In this document: in pieces, positions 22,501-35,800 of the stretch
How positions within the stretch are numbered: the first letter of the stretch is position 1
Layout: the number at the start of each line of letters is the position of its first letter
Assembly: GCA_900617105.1 (NCBI GenBank)
Contig: UYFQ01000349.1
Span: 124,001 to 177,367 of the forward strand
Length of the DNA: 53,367 nt
Reading direction: 5' to 3'
Source of the DNA: Hydrurus foetidus
Taxonomy: Eukaryota
Notes under the pieces: generated by a model
Told to the model about the DNA's origin: nothing
Seen by the model: the letters and a program-made list of their open reading frames with translations, nothing else
Databases searched by the model: none
Translations under genes and position numbers: made by a program

Positions 22501-25500
22501 GTTGACGGAGAAAGAGAAAAAAGAGAAACTTGCAGAAAAAAAAGCTATCACAGCTGAGAAACAAAAAGAGAAGTCGTTGCAAAAAAGAGTATTAGCGGGA
22601 AATCAGGAAAAAGAATTGCTCGCTAGAAAAGAGAAGGAAGAACTGGAAATGAACTCTAAGTCCGCTAATGTTCCTAAGGAATGTTCCGCGAGTAAAGTGT
22701 TAGGAACAAAAAACGTCAGTGATGTCGAGAAAGCTGTAGAAGAAGAAACAGAAGAAGAGTGGGTAGACTACAATTCTGATGAAGATAATGAGAATGAGAA
22801 TACTGAGTCATCCGGGCAGAACGAATTAGCTGGTAGTTCATTCACAGTCCATCATTCTGCAGGTCCAACTTTCATCCCAAGGAATATTTCTCAGCAAGAA
22901 AAAGAGACGACGCCTGACAAAGCGAAGAAACTTGATAATTCTGATGCAGCAGAAGAATCGGGGCTAAAGGCTAAAATAAATAACTCCAATAAACCATTAT
23001 CTCCAGCAAAAGAAACAGAAGTTAAAAAAAGAAAATCAAAACTATTCCAAAATTCTGAACTACCAAGCCAGACCTTGGACCTAAGAATTCCAGAATTTTA
23101 TCCGGTTCCGTCCACTAATTTTGGAATGAAAGTTCCAGGTCCGTCTGACATTGATGCGTCAATGGAAGATGTAGAAGGTTGGAATGATGTACAACAAAGG
23201 ATATCAATCGAAATACAGAATACACTTCTTGAGAAACAACAAATTCAAATACAGAATACACTTCGTGAGAATCAACAAATTCAAATACAGAATCAAGTTC
23301 TAGATCAAGGTTTTGGACCAACCGGGGTAAACGACAATATTTCAAATTCTTCCATTTCACCTTCAACCTTAAAAAAATTGCAAGAATTTGAGATTTTAAA
23401 TTCGGAATCAAGTTCTAATTCCTCTGACGTACCACAAGAATCGAACCCTGGACCCAATCTGGAATCGGACCGAATTGAAGAGGATTTACGTCCAAAAGTT
23501 GATCCTGTGAAAGTTCCATCAATAAATGAATTAATTCGTACTTATACAAAATTAGATACCCAAGATTTTCGCGATATCCGTGCGAGCTATTTTCGAAAAT
23601 CACATTCTAGAGGTATGGAAATAAAACTAAGAAATAAACAAATGGCAGAAAAAGCTGCAAGAAGAGAATTAAAAAAAATCGAACATCACAACCATCAAGC
23701 AACTCAAAAGAAACAAGCGCTAGAAAGGGCAGAATTAATTAGAAAAAACCAAACATGGAGAGACTCGCATGGAGAAGATGAAGGAGTGGGACTACCCTAT
23801 GGCCATGTGGCTTATGTCGACAATGAACCACTACCACCCTCAGAAGCGCAGAAAGAACAAGAACGATTGAGAGGACGAAGCTATAAGGAAATGTTTGCAA
23901 TGCGGAATCCACAGGTCCAAAATCCACCTTCTAACTCTTCTAATATTCCTTCATCCTCCTCCTCTTCATATCAAGAAGAAGAGGACAATGTTTCTTATTT
24001 TGAAGATAGAGAGACGCTAGCTCCGCCGGTATATAAACGTCCTATCCAATCCTCCACCTCATCCTCCTCTCCATTTACCCTACCTTCTTCTTCCTCGTCT
24101 AATAACGAGGTAAAGGGCACTCCTTATTACGATGACAGAGTGGCGCCTGTGGATGTGGGCAGGAGCACCGTGTCATCGTATAAGAACATGTTTAAGAAAC
24201 CACCTATCAAATCCTCCTCCACCACCATTACCTCTACTCTTCCTTCTTCGTCTTCTACCCTTCCTTCCTCCTTTACTGCCACTCCCTCCTCCTCCTCTTC
24301 TCTCTCTTCTAATCATAACGAGGTAGAGAGTAGTCCTTATTACGATGACAGAGTGGCGCCTGTGGATGTGGGCAGGAGCACCGTGTCATCGTATAAGAAC
24401 ATGTTCAAGAAACCGCCTATCCAATCCTCCTCCACCACCATCACCAGCTCCTCTTCATCCTCTACTCTCCCTTCCTTCACTCTTCCCTCCTCTACTCTTC
24501 TTTCCTCTTCATCATCTTCTTCAACTTCTATTCTTCCTTCTTCTTCTGCCCTGCCTTCTACCTCCTCCTCAACTTCTTCTTCCTTCTCCTCTTCTCATAA
24601 TGAAGCTGAGGGCACTCCCTATTACGATGACAGAGTGGCGCCTGTGGATGTGGGCAGGAGCACCGTGTCATCTTATAAGAACATGTTCAAGAAACCACCT
24701 ATCCAATCCTCCTCCACCACCATTCCTCTATCTGATTCTGTCTTCTACCCTTCTGATCCGTTCAAAAACGACTTTGAGATGTTCTTCTTTCTTGAACAAT
24801 CGATACCTCTTCTCTTCCTTCTTCTTCTTCCTCTATTCTTCCTTCTTCCTCCACCTCTTCTATTTTTCCTTCTTCATTCACTACTCTCACCTCCAATTCT
24901 AATTCCCATCATAATCCAGACACGAATACAAAACAAACACAACAAACACTCTATGTAGATTCCAGACCGGGTCCGACTTTTCCATCCCCGTCAGAAACCC
25001 CAACTGGATATGCAATAAAAAATCTCGTGAAAAGATTGGCACTTGGACCTTCCCATTCCTCCTCTGTCACTAATGATTCCTTACTGGATATCTCAGTTGC
25101 AGAAACTCCCCACAAAGCGCACCAAACTCTACCCAATGATTTTACTGATATGTACTCGCACTTTAAATCGTCTGCTGCTCAAAATGTGCACACGCTCACA
25201 AGTACTCAACCAACTATCCAACAGAACACGCACACTAAATCGCATGATATGACCAATAAAAATGCACCATGTCAGTCCAACGTCCCACTAAACTCATTAT
25301 CAATCGCACCGCACTTACCTCATCATCATCCACCACCACCATCATCCTCCTCTTCTTCCTACTCAACATCTCTTTCTTCTTCGTCCACTTCACAACAGCA
25401 TGATTTACCGAACACTAACACTTCACCTTTGCTAATATCCGAGGCAGCGAGAAATAAAGTGACAAGCTCTTCTTACAAAGATCTCTACAAACCCAAAGTT

Positions 25501-27687
25501 ACGCAACAAATGCAACAACAACAACTACAATATCAGCAACAGCCTACAGAATCAGCAAGATTAACAGCACCAACTCACATGTACTCTTCTCATTCAATAC
25601 CTCCCCTCACTAATTATCCCGCATCTAATTATCCAGAACATTTATCTAATTATCCAGAACGTCCGTCTAATTATCCAGAACATCCATCTAATTATCCAGA
25701 ACATCCATCTAATTATCCAGAACATCCATCCAATTATCCAGAACATCCATCCAAATATCCAGAGCATCAATCTAATTATCCAGAGCATCAATCTAATTAT
25801 CCAGAGCATCCATCCAATTATCCAGAATATCCATCTAATTATCCAGAACATCAATCTATTCCCTCCTATCCACATCCACGCACACAATCTCAAACACTGC
25901 CCATAGCATCTGGATTATGCCCCACACAGCACGTACAAGCGAGTACGGACGCATTTGCGAATAATTCTCACAACGGAGTAAATAATTTCAATTACCCCAC
26001 ACAACCGCCACACCATCCTTCACACTCCTATATCCAACAAAAGGTTACTTTTAATAGAAACAGTCTCCTTTCCACTTCTGTGCCTCCACCTGTACCTGCC
26101 CCTGTTCCTTGTAGACCAATTACCCCCACTCTCCCGGTCCCCGTCCCGACCCCAGTACCCACTCCCGTCTCCGTACCTTTGGGGGAAGATGTGACACGAA
26201 CCTCGTACCGTATGAGCGGTTTAGTTCGAAAATTACAATACCAAGCATTTCAAGTGCCCATCGAAAATGAACGCCCAAAATCTAAAAATATGTCGAATAC
26301 AAATGCAAATGCCGACATCAATACGAGTATAGTCACAACAACTGCTGATGCATTGTCATCGACTGTGACACCAAATGCAGTTACACCTTTCAATATTTAC
26401 ATTAACGCGATAGCCCCTACACTACCACATTACCCTTCTTTGAGATCCCTTGAAGAAACATCTCCTTCGACACCGTTCAACCATCCCTTTCCTTCCCTCC
26501 CCTGCCTTCCTATGTCTGCCCCTTTACCACCCCCTATTCCTCATCTTCTACTCTCGCCACCAGAACCCTCTCGTATACTATCTCCACCTCTTACTCTACC
26601 TTCTCATGTCCATTCTGATTCGATTCCTAAAGAATCCGTTAGAATGACCTCCCAACCTTTGTCCTTACCTATAAAATTGTCATCTGAATCATCGGGCAAA
26701 CAAATCGTTAATCACTTCGATCAGCTAGCACGTGAGAGAGACATGAGAGATAGAGACAAAGTCAGAGATGTGAGAGGTGGAAAAGTACGGGGTAGTTTGA
26801 ACGAAAGCGAGAACCGCAGTGGAGGGAGTGGGGGTGATAATTGGAATAAGAATAGGAGAGGGGAAAAAAGTGACAGCTACATGGGGAGAGAAGATGGTGA
26901 AATGGATGAGGATGGCCAAGAGGGCGAGGGAAGAGGGAGGGAGAGACGTAAAGACTCCGTCAATGAGAGAAGAGATTCGGATGAGATGAAGACCAGAGAG
27001 GAAGATAGAGCCCGTTCGAATAGAGTGAGAAGACAACGAGAAAGAAGAAGAAGCCGGAGTGACAGCAGCAGCGAATTAAATTCCAGAATTAGTTCGAGGT
27101 CCAAAGGCACCACAAGCAGCAAAGTGCGAAGGAATCGAAGCAGAAGTCGGAGTTGCGGGAGCAGCGACAGTAACTCCAAAACAAGACGCCACAGAGATAG
27201 AGATGATGATTATTCTAAAAATCGTAAACGATCTGGCAGAGGAAGAAGTAGAGAAAGGAGTAGAAGTAAAGGTAGGGAAATCGATCGGAATCGAGGTCCA
27301 AGATCCGTCGCAGCAAAATACAGAGAGTACAAAGAAGCGATTCAAAAAAATGACGTGTACAGAATACGCAACACTTCAGTATCGGCAGAAATGATTCCGA
27401 AAAATCCCTCGGTGCCCCAATCGTCAAATTCATTCTCAACGTCGCTTACTTTTGCATCACGCGCCGCTGTGGATTTGAATACGGATACCGTTCCGTTCAA
27501 ACTTAAAGAACATTCTCGCTCAGAAGATTTGGAATCGTTGAGTCGGAAGGTTCCCAGGAACAATTTGAACTCCGACGCTTCAAGTCAGAAGTGCAGTCAC
27601 AATTCAACTCCTAACGAAATGAGCAAGATGCACACTCCTGCCAACCGCTTTCAGGAAAGCAAAGAAAATGAATATTTGGATGATTAA
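19513..27687 (+). CDS. Very large protein: two C4C4 (RING-C2-like) zinc fingers, charged coiled coil, Ser/Pro low-complexity repeats, RS-rich tail; apparent frameshift near 24725-24795
   Basis: Phase-compatible exons at about 19513-19830, 20032-20293, 20490-20660, 20779-21139, 21525-21644 and 21889 onward. The long ORFs 21872-24958 and 25027-27687 have continuous composition. The Cys pattern Cx2C-x13/14-CxC-x4-Cx2C-x17-Cx2C occurs twice. Confidence 0.7.
24125..24723 (+). repeat. Three near-identical ~100-bp coding repeats (YYDDRVAPVDVGRSTVSSYKNMFKKPPI) separated by Ser-rich spacers
   Basis: Copies start at about 24125, 24338 and 24620, all in the same reading frame. Confidence 0.95.
25624..25854 (+). 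repeat. 21-bp coding minisatellite, 11 copies (SNYPEHP heptad)
   Basis: TCTAATTATCCAGAACATCCA-type units in tandem, in frame within ORF 25027-27687. Confidence 0.97.
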
Positions 27688-28482
27688 TGTAATTAAAATA
27701 ATCTCTATTTCTTTTTCTTTCTCAACCCAAACTCATACAATATTTCCAATAACACAATCAAAATTTTCATTAACCCCTTCCCCCCCCCATGATTCCTGTA
27801 TAATACACACACAATAATATCAAGTTGTGAAAACGAGCACATTGTAACAATTTCTTAAAAGTCACCCATCAAAACTCTGCACATCCTTTCACTGATGCTT
27901 TTAATAAACAACATCCTCATCACATTCATGTGGCCATTAAGCTACATCATATACTAAGCTACCATGTGATCGAGCCTTTTGACTCTATTTCTCTCGTTAG
28001 GGCCGTCATTAAGATTACAGCCCTTGCCACGAAGAGCACTCAGATTTCATATCTCCAACCTACTTCGTGCTCCGGGTAAAAAGAGAGATAGTATAGAAAA
28101 ATAATGTGGAAATCATGGGCCAAAATCAAGAATTTCAAGGGATAATCCAATCTCTCAGATTGAGAACTGAATACACCACTTTCCTGCTCTGGACACTTCC
28201 GCATTTCATCTAATTCTTCTGACGTCGCCTAAGTACCAAATGCAAACTTATAAAACACGATCACAGAACACTCCTTACTTTAAAAATAACTAGAGTATAT
28301 GCGCCCAAACTCCGGCAGTGTTCTCCGTTCGAAGCAACGTACTGGAATCAAGAGGAGATTTTTACTCGCGTCGCATCTACAATCTAATTATCAACTTACG
28401 AAGCCTTATAGCGAACCTGCACAACATTTTTCGTCAAGAAAACCGGGAAAAAGCGGCCGAAAATCAAAAGCGGCGCTTTCAA

Positions 28483-28781
28483 CAAGGGATTATATAGAGA
28501 CAGGGGACACAAGCAACAAACCGGTCCCCAATTATTCGATTTACTCCGAACTCTCACCTGACTTTTTCAAAAACCAAATATCACGGCGGTCAGCGATCAC
28601 AGTCGTTGGGAAACATTGACTGTGCCAATTTGATCGAAGTGTGGTTTGATTTGGTAGATTTCCCACTGATTAGGTGATGTCCAAGACGAGATGGTATTTC
28701 AACTCTGAGTGAGAGTTTGGTGAGAATCGTGTGAGTGTGCCGGTTGGTTGCTTTTGTCCCCTGTCTTTGTATACCCCCTAG
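28483..28781. mobile_element. Non-autonomous P-superfamily-like MITE with 7-bp TSD
   Basis: The left end CAAGGGATTATATAGAGACAGGGGACACAAGCAACAAACCGG matches the right-end reverse complement CTAGGGGGTATACAAAGACAGGGGACAAAAGCAACCAACCGG. A perfect direct repeat CTTTCAA lies at 28476-28482 and 28782-28788. Confidence 0.85.
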
Positions 28782-30179
28782 CTTTCAAATGGCCTGGTTT
28801 CGGGTGCCTGCTCTCATTTTTGAGTGCAGCAAAATCAGAACCGGCGGTTTTTCAGCCGGTCCGATTTTTTCTACAAATAATGTCGTATAGATTCGGTGTT
28901 ACTTTTCCAAAAGGATTCGAGCTTACGACCTATTTTTTGGACAGGGAAATGGATGCACGCACCGTTAGCTTTTTCCATGTATTTACCGTAGCTGGCAAAA
29001 TGGTAAACTCACATTTGGTCCAGAAACTAGCGAAGTGACAGGTCAACAGCTAAATCATCATCGTCGGTGAGATGAGTGGTGTCTCGATTAGATTGACTAG
29101 TGAAGCTCATGCCAGAGCGTCACTGGACAGTGATAATAGCTGCACCTGAATGAACCAATTGTTAGGAACCCAAGAGTTGCTGCACATTTAAAAATTATCG
29201 AGAAATCCTGGTTTCAAGAATCCAGCTGGTGTTAACTAATCTCCTAATGGGTTGCCCTTTCATGGATGGGGCGATTTAGCAGTTGCCCATTTTATTTTAA
29301 AGTTATATGAATCTCTTATAATTCATGATGATGTCAATCAATGCAAGAGGTCAGTTACGTTATTCAAGAGGTGTCGATGAGGTCCTTACCGGATGAGGAC
29401 CGACGAAGTTGACACAAAGTTATTGGATGTCGATCCTGTCTGTTGCGGCTGATATACTGATGTAGCTTGCCATCTTTTCTCTGAAACAGATCTCCTGAAG
29501 CCAGTGAATCGAGCAAATCGACACTGCTTGATTTTTATCGTGGATCTTTGTGCCACATGAATTCAACTTTCCTCATCACTGTAAAGCATCATAACACCTA
29601 AAACATTGCATATATTCTATCGCCTCTATTAACTCAATTGTATTTATTGTTTAGGGTTGGTGAGGAGACCGAGGAGGAGGTGGCGGCATTAAATGTAGAT
29701 GTAAATCCCGGTGATCTGTGGTGAGAGGATCGCAGGAAGCTGCATTCCCTCCAAAGTAGATAGAGGGAGTATTGTTTTAGCTTTTCACTGTCGAGGCTGC
29801 TTGTGATGCTTATTTTTAAAGTTCTATCTCTAATGCTTTCGGCAGACCAAGAGGTAGACAACTAATATTGAGTTAATCTTAATCCGAGTCATCTCGATGA
29901 GGCAACATGAACACGAGTGAGGCACCTCGTGCATCACTGATGTCCGGCGTTTGCAGCAAGGCGAGTTCATTCCTTGGGGCTTCGTGCTGTCTTTACCTAA
30001 AATTCTAGAAGGAGTCGCAGGAAAATTCTTAGAACGGAAAAATGTAGAATACGTTTTGAGGGATTTCGCGTTTGACTGCTGTCCATGAATTTCGGGTGCA
30101 TGAGGAACAAAGCATTTTCATTGAGTGGTGCGCACGCAGGATTGGAATTTACCGTGCGGCAATCTGCGGCGTTGCTCGA

Positions 30180-32450
30180 TTCAGATGTCGACGGTCAGGA
30201 AGTCATCGTCTGTTCGAAAAGGTAAACAAATAATTTTTTCGAGCGCTGCTGCAGAATTTTTTTGGTGGTATCCAGATAGTCTGGAGGATATACTTTTGAA
30301 ATGCCTGCAGCAGGCACTCACACTTCACCAAAATAAGAAACATTTCTTGGGTTACCAGAATCAATCGACGTAAACAGATACTCAACAGATTGACAAACAC
30401 TTACATTAAGGTCGCATACCTGGAGGTTCCTCGAACATTCTATCGAAATGATTGTTCACTGTTGCAAGGTTTTGCAGAAATTGAGGTTCAAATTGGTAGT
30501 AAAAAGACATTACTACAGCGAGATATCAATTAGGAGGGTTAGGACTGTTCAGGATTGAAGTTGGGTATTTAAGAGCTGAGTGAGGGAGCGGTGAGAAAAG
30601 TCTCAGTGGGAGGGGAGGGTTCCAAGTGCCCCCTCTCTCTTAAATACCCCCTTGTTTCAAACGTATCAAATTATGCACTCAATTTTGATGTTGTAAATTC
30701 ACCACTACAATAACGCGAGAGAAGCTCTTCGAACTACTCTTGACTACGAAAGGCGTTCAAATCAATCCATGCGACTGTCAGGAAAACATGCTAGCAGCTG
30801 AACCGCTACAGAAGCTAAGTAAAATAATATCTCAGGGCTACAAGAAAGACAGTATAAAAGTGGGTTCCCAGCCAGGTAAGTAATGCTTTAAAAAAAGCAT
30901 TGTCAATGGTAAAAATTTATATGGCTGAACTCATCATGCAGTTTGTGAGGGCACAGTCGAAATCTGGTCGGTTTGGAGCTTCCTTGCGAAAGCGGTGACG
31001 TTTCCAAAAATCGCCCACTAGGAGTTTGCTCTGTTTCAGAACAACTTTTGAGCGACAGCTTCAATTCCAAAATAGATTGCGGATCCTAGAGGTAGATAGA
31101 CAAGTCGATGAGATAACTGATTTATTATCAGGTGGAAAGTAGCTTTGAGTCGTGCCAAGTGCCAGAATGTCACTGAGAGATGTGATGAAAGTGAATTTAC
31201 GCCCATCTAGAATTCTCATCGGTAGATCCAGGATTCGCTTTATCATCACTCGATCTGATTTTTTTGGGAGAAAATTGGGACATTTAATACTGCTTTGGTA
31301 ATAAAAATACCTGTGTTCAGTTCAAAGTGGGTCAGAACGGTTTCGAATAAAGCAAATATGAGAAGAACAAAGATTGCTACTGATGACAAAATAATCCCTA
31401 CAGATAATAAATTCGGCCAGAAAAATACGTGGATTGCGGACATATCGAGGACATAACGATAAACATGAACGAGACAGTGTTCACCTTTGCGATAGGTCTA
31501 GAGCACATGTACTGCCCACCTGACAGAAATGGCACACAAAACATAGTCGTCCCCAATACCAAGCTGCAGATTAAAGCTATTCTCGCGGTAAGTAGCAACG
31601 CGGATTTCGTTCCTTTCTTCATAATTACTACGCATTCTTTCAGATCATCTGATAGACCAGATCAGTCGAGTATGCGTGGTAGAAAGAAATTTCCATACAA
31701 AAAATAATGGACATGTTGATAATGAGGGTGGGAGCTTATCCTTTGGAGTTGATCATTGACTATATGTATAGTTGTTATCTTATAATTGGCAAGACAGCAG
31801 GACGTGTTCTAACAAGCAAGTATAAAGTATGGAATGGATCGATTTGAATGATCATATAGTTAGAGACAGTTATCTAACCAATGAAAGATAGATGAAAAAA
31901 CCTAATGATATAGTTTGATAATTGTGGATGTTAAAAATATGAACATTTTTTTGTTCAGTTGTAAAGTGACCACTTAATACGCATACGAGGAACTTAAGAG
32001 ACGCCTGCATTGTGGAAAATTTCAATGATTTATCAAATTGTATATGTGAAATTTAGCGAAAGATGTAAGCAACCGTCTCCTACCTGCAGTTTAGCCTCCT
32101 AAGCAGGAATGATGCAGAGTATGAATGGTCTGTTTGGCCTAATGCGTAATGGCTTTTAAGTTGCCTAAATTTTTCGATGGTGTAAGGAAATCATTCATTA
32201 GCACGGGTTGCGTCCATTCGATGAGAATGATCCACTAGATCCAAAGTTCAAAAAGTATGGTAAACATGAAATATGCGGTACAGTGAAGATAACTCCATCA
32301 GGGACTAAATATGCCATTGAAATCTCTACTAGCGATATAATTGTCGATTAATCACAACAAATTATTATGCCCATTGGTTAAATGTTGAAATACGACAATG
32401 TGATGTTGGAATTTGATCGTGACTACACAGATACGATGGATATCCTACTT
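30180..32450 (+). pseudogene. Decayed pogo-like transposase related to the intact copy at 48142-50825
   Basis: 31290-32450 translates, with stops and frameshifts, to FSSKWVRTVSNKANMRRTKIATDDK, INMNETVFTFAIGLEHMYCP, FDNCGC*, THTRNLR, KHEICGTVKITPSGT and MLKYDNVMLEFD, all collinear with the intact protein. Similarity of about 30290-30440 to its N-terminal part is weaker, so the 5' boundary is uncertain. Confidence 0.85.
30557..30654. mobile_element. Short degenerate MITE related to the 28483-28781 element
   Basis: Perfect 13-bp inverted repeat GGGTATTTAAGAG (30563-30575) / CTCTTAAATACCC (30637-30649). The right end reads CAAGGGGGTATTTAAGAGAGAGGGGG on the minus strand. No TSD is seen. Confidence 0.5.
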
Positions 32451-32891
32451 GTAATTCAGAATCGCGCATATGAGTTACAATACTTATGTATTAGAATTTT
32501 CGGGGTAGAGAGGCGCACACGCTGAGCGCTCGCCCTGAAAAATCAGAAGGTGCAGACAATCACGTCTGCCGTAAATTTGAATGCATTTTACCGCGAACAT
32601 AAGAAATCCAAGTGGGGGCACTGCTTAAAGTTAATCTTCCTGAAAAATATGATAACAACAACGATCGCGCATTATAATGAATTGCAAAACTTAATTTCTG
32701 ATGGATACCGGTATAGTAATGCGCAACTGAAAGTTAAGCAAAATATTTAGATGTACTCTTTGCATTAAAGCGGTAATTTCTAGTCTGAAGTGATCTAGTA
32801 TATTGTGACGTGGTATTCTATATCAATTGCATAATTACCTGAATAAAAACAAAGAATAAAATTACTCGCATAACAGCCGGAACGCAACTCT

Positions 32892-35800
32892 TCATGATAA
32901 TTTTAAAGAAGCCTGCCGGCGATAATGATCACGATGAGCGTTTTTGTAATGACGGATCTTGGACTTCAACATTCCTATAATTGTTGAAGATCCTGACCGA
33001 TATGCCAGATCCTGAAATACGAAAGTATCTTTAGGTTAGAGAGGTCGTGGCTGGAAAAACTGTTCGAAGTGTGGGATGAAATTTGTACGCACAAGAACTT
33101 GAGAGTAATGAAGTGTAGACGGGAAAGGAAATGAAAAGATATTGGTCCGTACCAGTGGCGTCTGTTTATATGAATTGGGGTAGTCCGGTCTAAATCCCAT
33201 CTCCAGCAATATAGCAACACATGCCGCGGATCTGCAAAGAGTAAGGATGGTAGGGGGGGAAAGGGGGCGTAGGGGGAAGGTGCGGAGAGTAATGTATTTA
33301 CTGGACTGTGTGTAAATAGACAGCACATCTTCTAAATATTTGCAATTTCTCATACTTTTACTGGCATGAGGTGCACATTTTCACAACATTACCAATATCA
33401 TCTGACACGAAGAGGATGGGACAGAGGGAAGACTGTAAGTACGTACATACCCTGCTACGACGCCAGCATGCACTGGAGTGAACCCTTTGTCATCGCAAGT
33501 GTAACTATCTATCATAGATTCTCTGTATCCTAATATAGACGAATTTAAAAATTGATTAAAAATTAAAAGGCTGGAGTTGAGATCGTAGTTCAAGTTCGCT
33601 CCGATTTCATCTCTTTTGCTGCCAGATAATTACTGCTTATAACTACTTCGGCGAATACTGATGAAGAGATGTATGCACGTACATCAACTTGTCTCTTATC
33701 TAATATAAATCATAGCACTCTATAGTTTTCAATATGAGTTTTGAAAATCGTACGCAAAAAATTAATTTAGTACTCTATAAATTATCAGTGCTATACTGTG
33801 TACTTTTAATTTAGTGTTAAAGTCACCTAATCTGAAAACATCTTCCATTCTTTGTGGGCCTCTGGACCCACCTGATTCCAGAATATAAGAAAACATTATG
33901 TGCACGTGAGAGTTTCAAATTAGGACAATTTGCAAAAATGCAAAAATTCGAAAACACACGGATACCATAATTATCAACAAAACAAAATAAAATGAAATCA
34001 GATTTAAAATCTCACCGATTGATTTGAAAAAACCTTTCTGCTTATTGATATCGAAAACAGTCGCCAGATTTGCAGACGATAGTATTGCCTTCAAAGTTTC
34101 TGGATTGCTACGAAATGCTACTAAATACAATGGAGTTTCGCACATGTGGTTATGCTCGAATAAAGTAATAACTGGTGAACTTGTGAGTAAAGATGTGTGA
34201 CTCATCACGATTGATGCGCAGAGAGGTGCAAGGGTGTGTTTACTCTCGCATATCCTGTGGATCAAAAGATTAGATAGAGATGTATCATTATTTACATGCT
34301 AAAATTTATTCCTTTGTTAATGTATTTTTTTAAAAATTGAATTTGAATTGGAAGGTATGTATTATCGTGTGAAGTAGGCATATATGTATTACTTCATACA
34401 TTAGCCACACATATGCATTTTAAATGCATATTTTATTACATAGACATATGTACATCATTTTAAACGCATACACATACGTTCAAGAAACAAAAAAAGTGGT
34501 GTATCATAGTATCGTAATAAGTTGTCAGAGAAATGAGAACTTATTGTAATTATCACACAATGATGCGTGACACATTCGAATTGATAAAGCTGGTAAGTAG
34601 AGACACCTACTTACGAATGACATGTATGAACGAAGAAAGATAAGAAATAACTCTTACTTGTGCATGACTGTGCTCCCTTTTACGTCTTTTAAATCTGTTC
34701 GTGAGCCCATATCACTCAATAACCATTTAGTTCTCTCAATATCACCAGCTATGCAACTCAAATGCAACAACGTTTGATTTTTTGAGTCGGAACATAGACA
34801 TAGTGCAGAGCGTAAAGTGTATCCAAGATCAACAGATTTTAATGCCTAGTTCACAGACAAATAAATAAAATTGAATTGCAATTATTTGATATACTGATTA
34901 TTTGTGATGCAAATTTTGTAAACTTAAAAACAATGTGGTAGACAGAAAAAAATGTTACAATTTTCCAATTTACTAAAGATGGCCAACGCTAAAATTTGTT
35001 CAGCAGAAAAAATAATGTCATTGAATATCCGACGATAATAGACACTGAAAATGTGAGAAGGTTGTGTGTAATAATGAATTGCAATAATGATTATAATTGC
35101 ATCAACAACTGAAGTTACAATCATAGGAGAAGGAAAATACTGATAGAATCGATAACATGTTACAAAATAAACGAACCTCTTCTATTTCACAAATTGAATC
35201 ACTTTCGAGATCGAGCAGCAGGGCAGCAGGAAACAATCGTTGCAAAAGAATTTTCTCAGATTTCTGCAAGAACGTAACTTCGATAACTAGACCACTTTTA
35301 TTGAATAGGGATTTCTTTTTCACTTTTTTGGTTTCCCATAGACTAGTAGCGACATCATTATTTCTATTAGTAAGACTATAATCCTCATCATTTTCATTAT
35401 CCATAATAATTGTTGATGCAGGATTAATCAGTTCCCAATTCATTTCTTCTACTATATCTAATTCTGCGAAAGTTCCATCTAATTGAATCATCAAATCTGC
35501 ATTCATTTGAGTACTATGTAGGACTGATAGTAAATTTCCTTGCACTCCAACAGTGCCACCCAATCCGAGAAAGCGAAGAGTGGTTGGTACCGATGTGAAA
35601 AATTCTGTCAAAGTCTCAGATCCAAATGTGCAATTTGATAAGATAAGAATCCTCAGATTGCTCGATAAAGTATCCCGCGGAGGTGGAATTTTGAGTCGCT
35701 CAATGACATGAATATCGCATAGCGCAGCGTTCTTGCATGATCGAAGCAAATTGCACACATTGCTGACTCGGAAACATTTCGTGATTACTAAAGTTAATTC

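Noticed and set aside
21931..22551. 206-aa minus-strand Ser/Phe/Leu-rich ORF (and similar antisense ORFs at 26725-27563)
   Set aside because: Antisense shadow of purine-rich coding sequence on the plus strand.
24125..24723. CRISPR-like repeat-spacer appearance
   Set aside because: The repeats are about 100 bp, in frame in a eukaryotic exon, with low-complexity poly-Ser spacers, and no cas genes are present.
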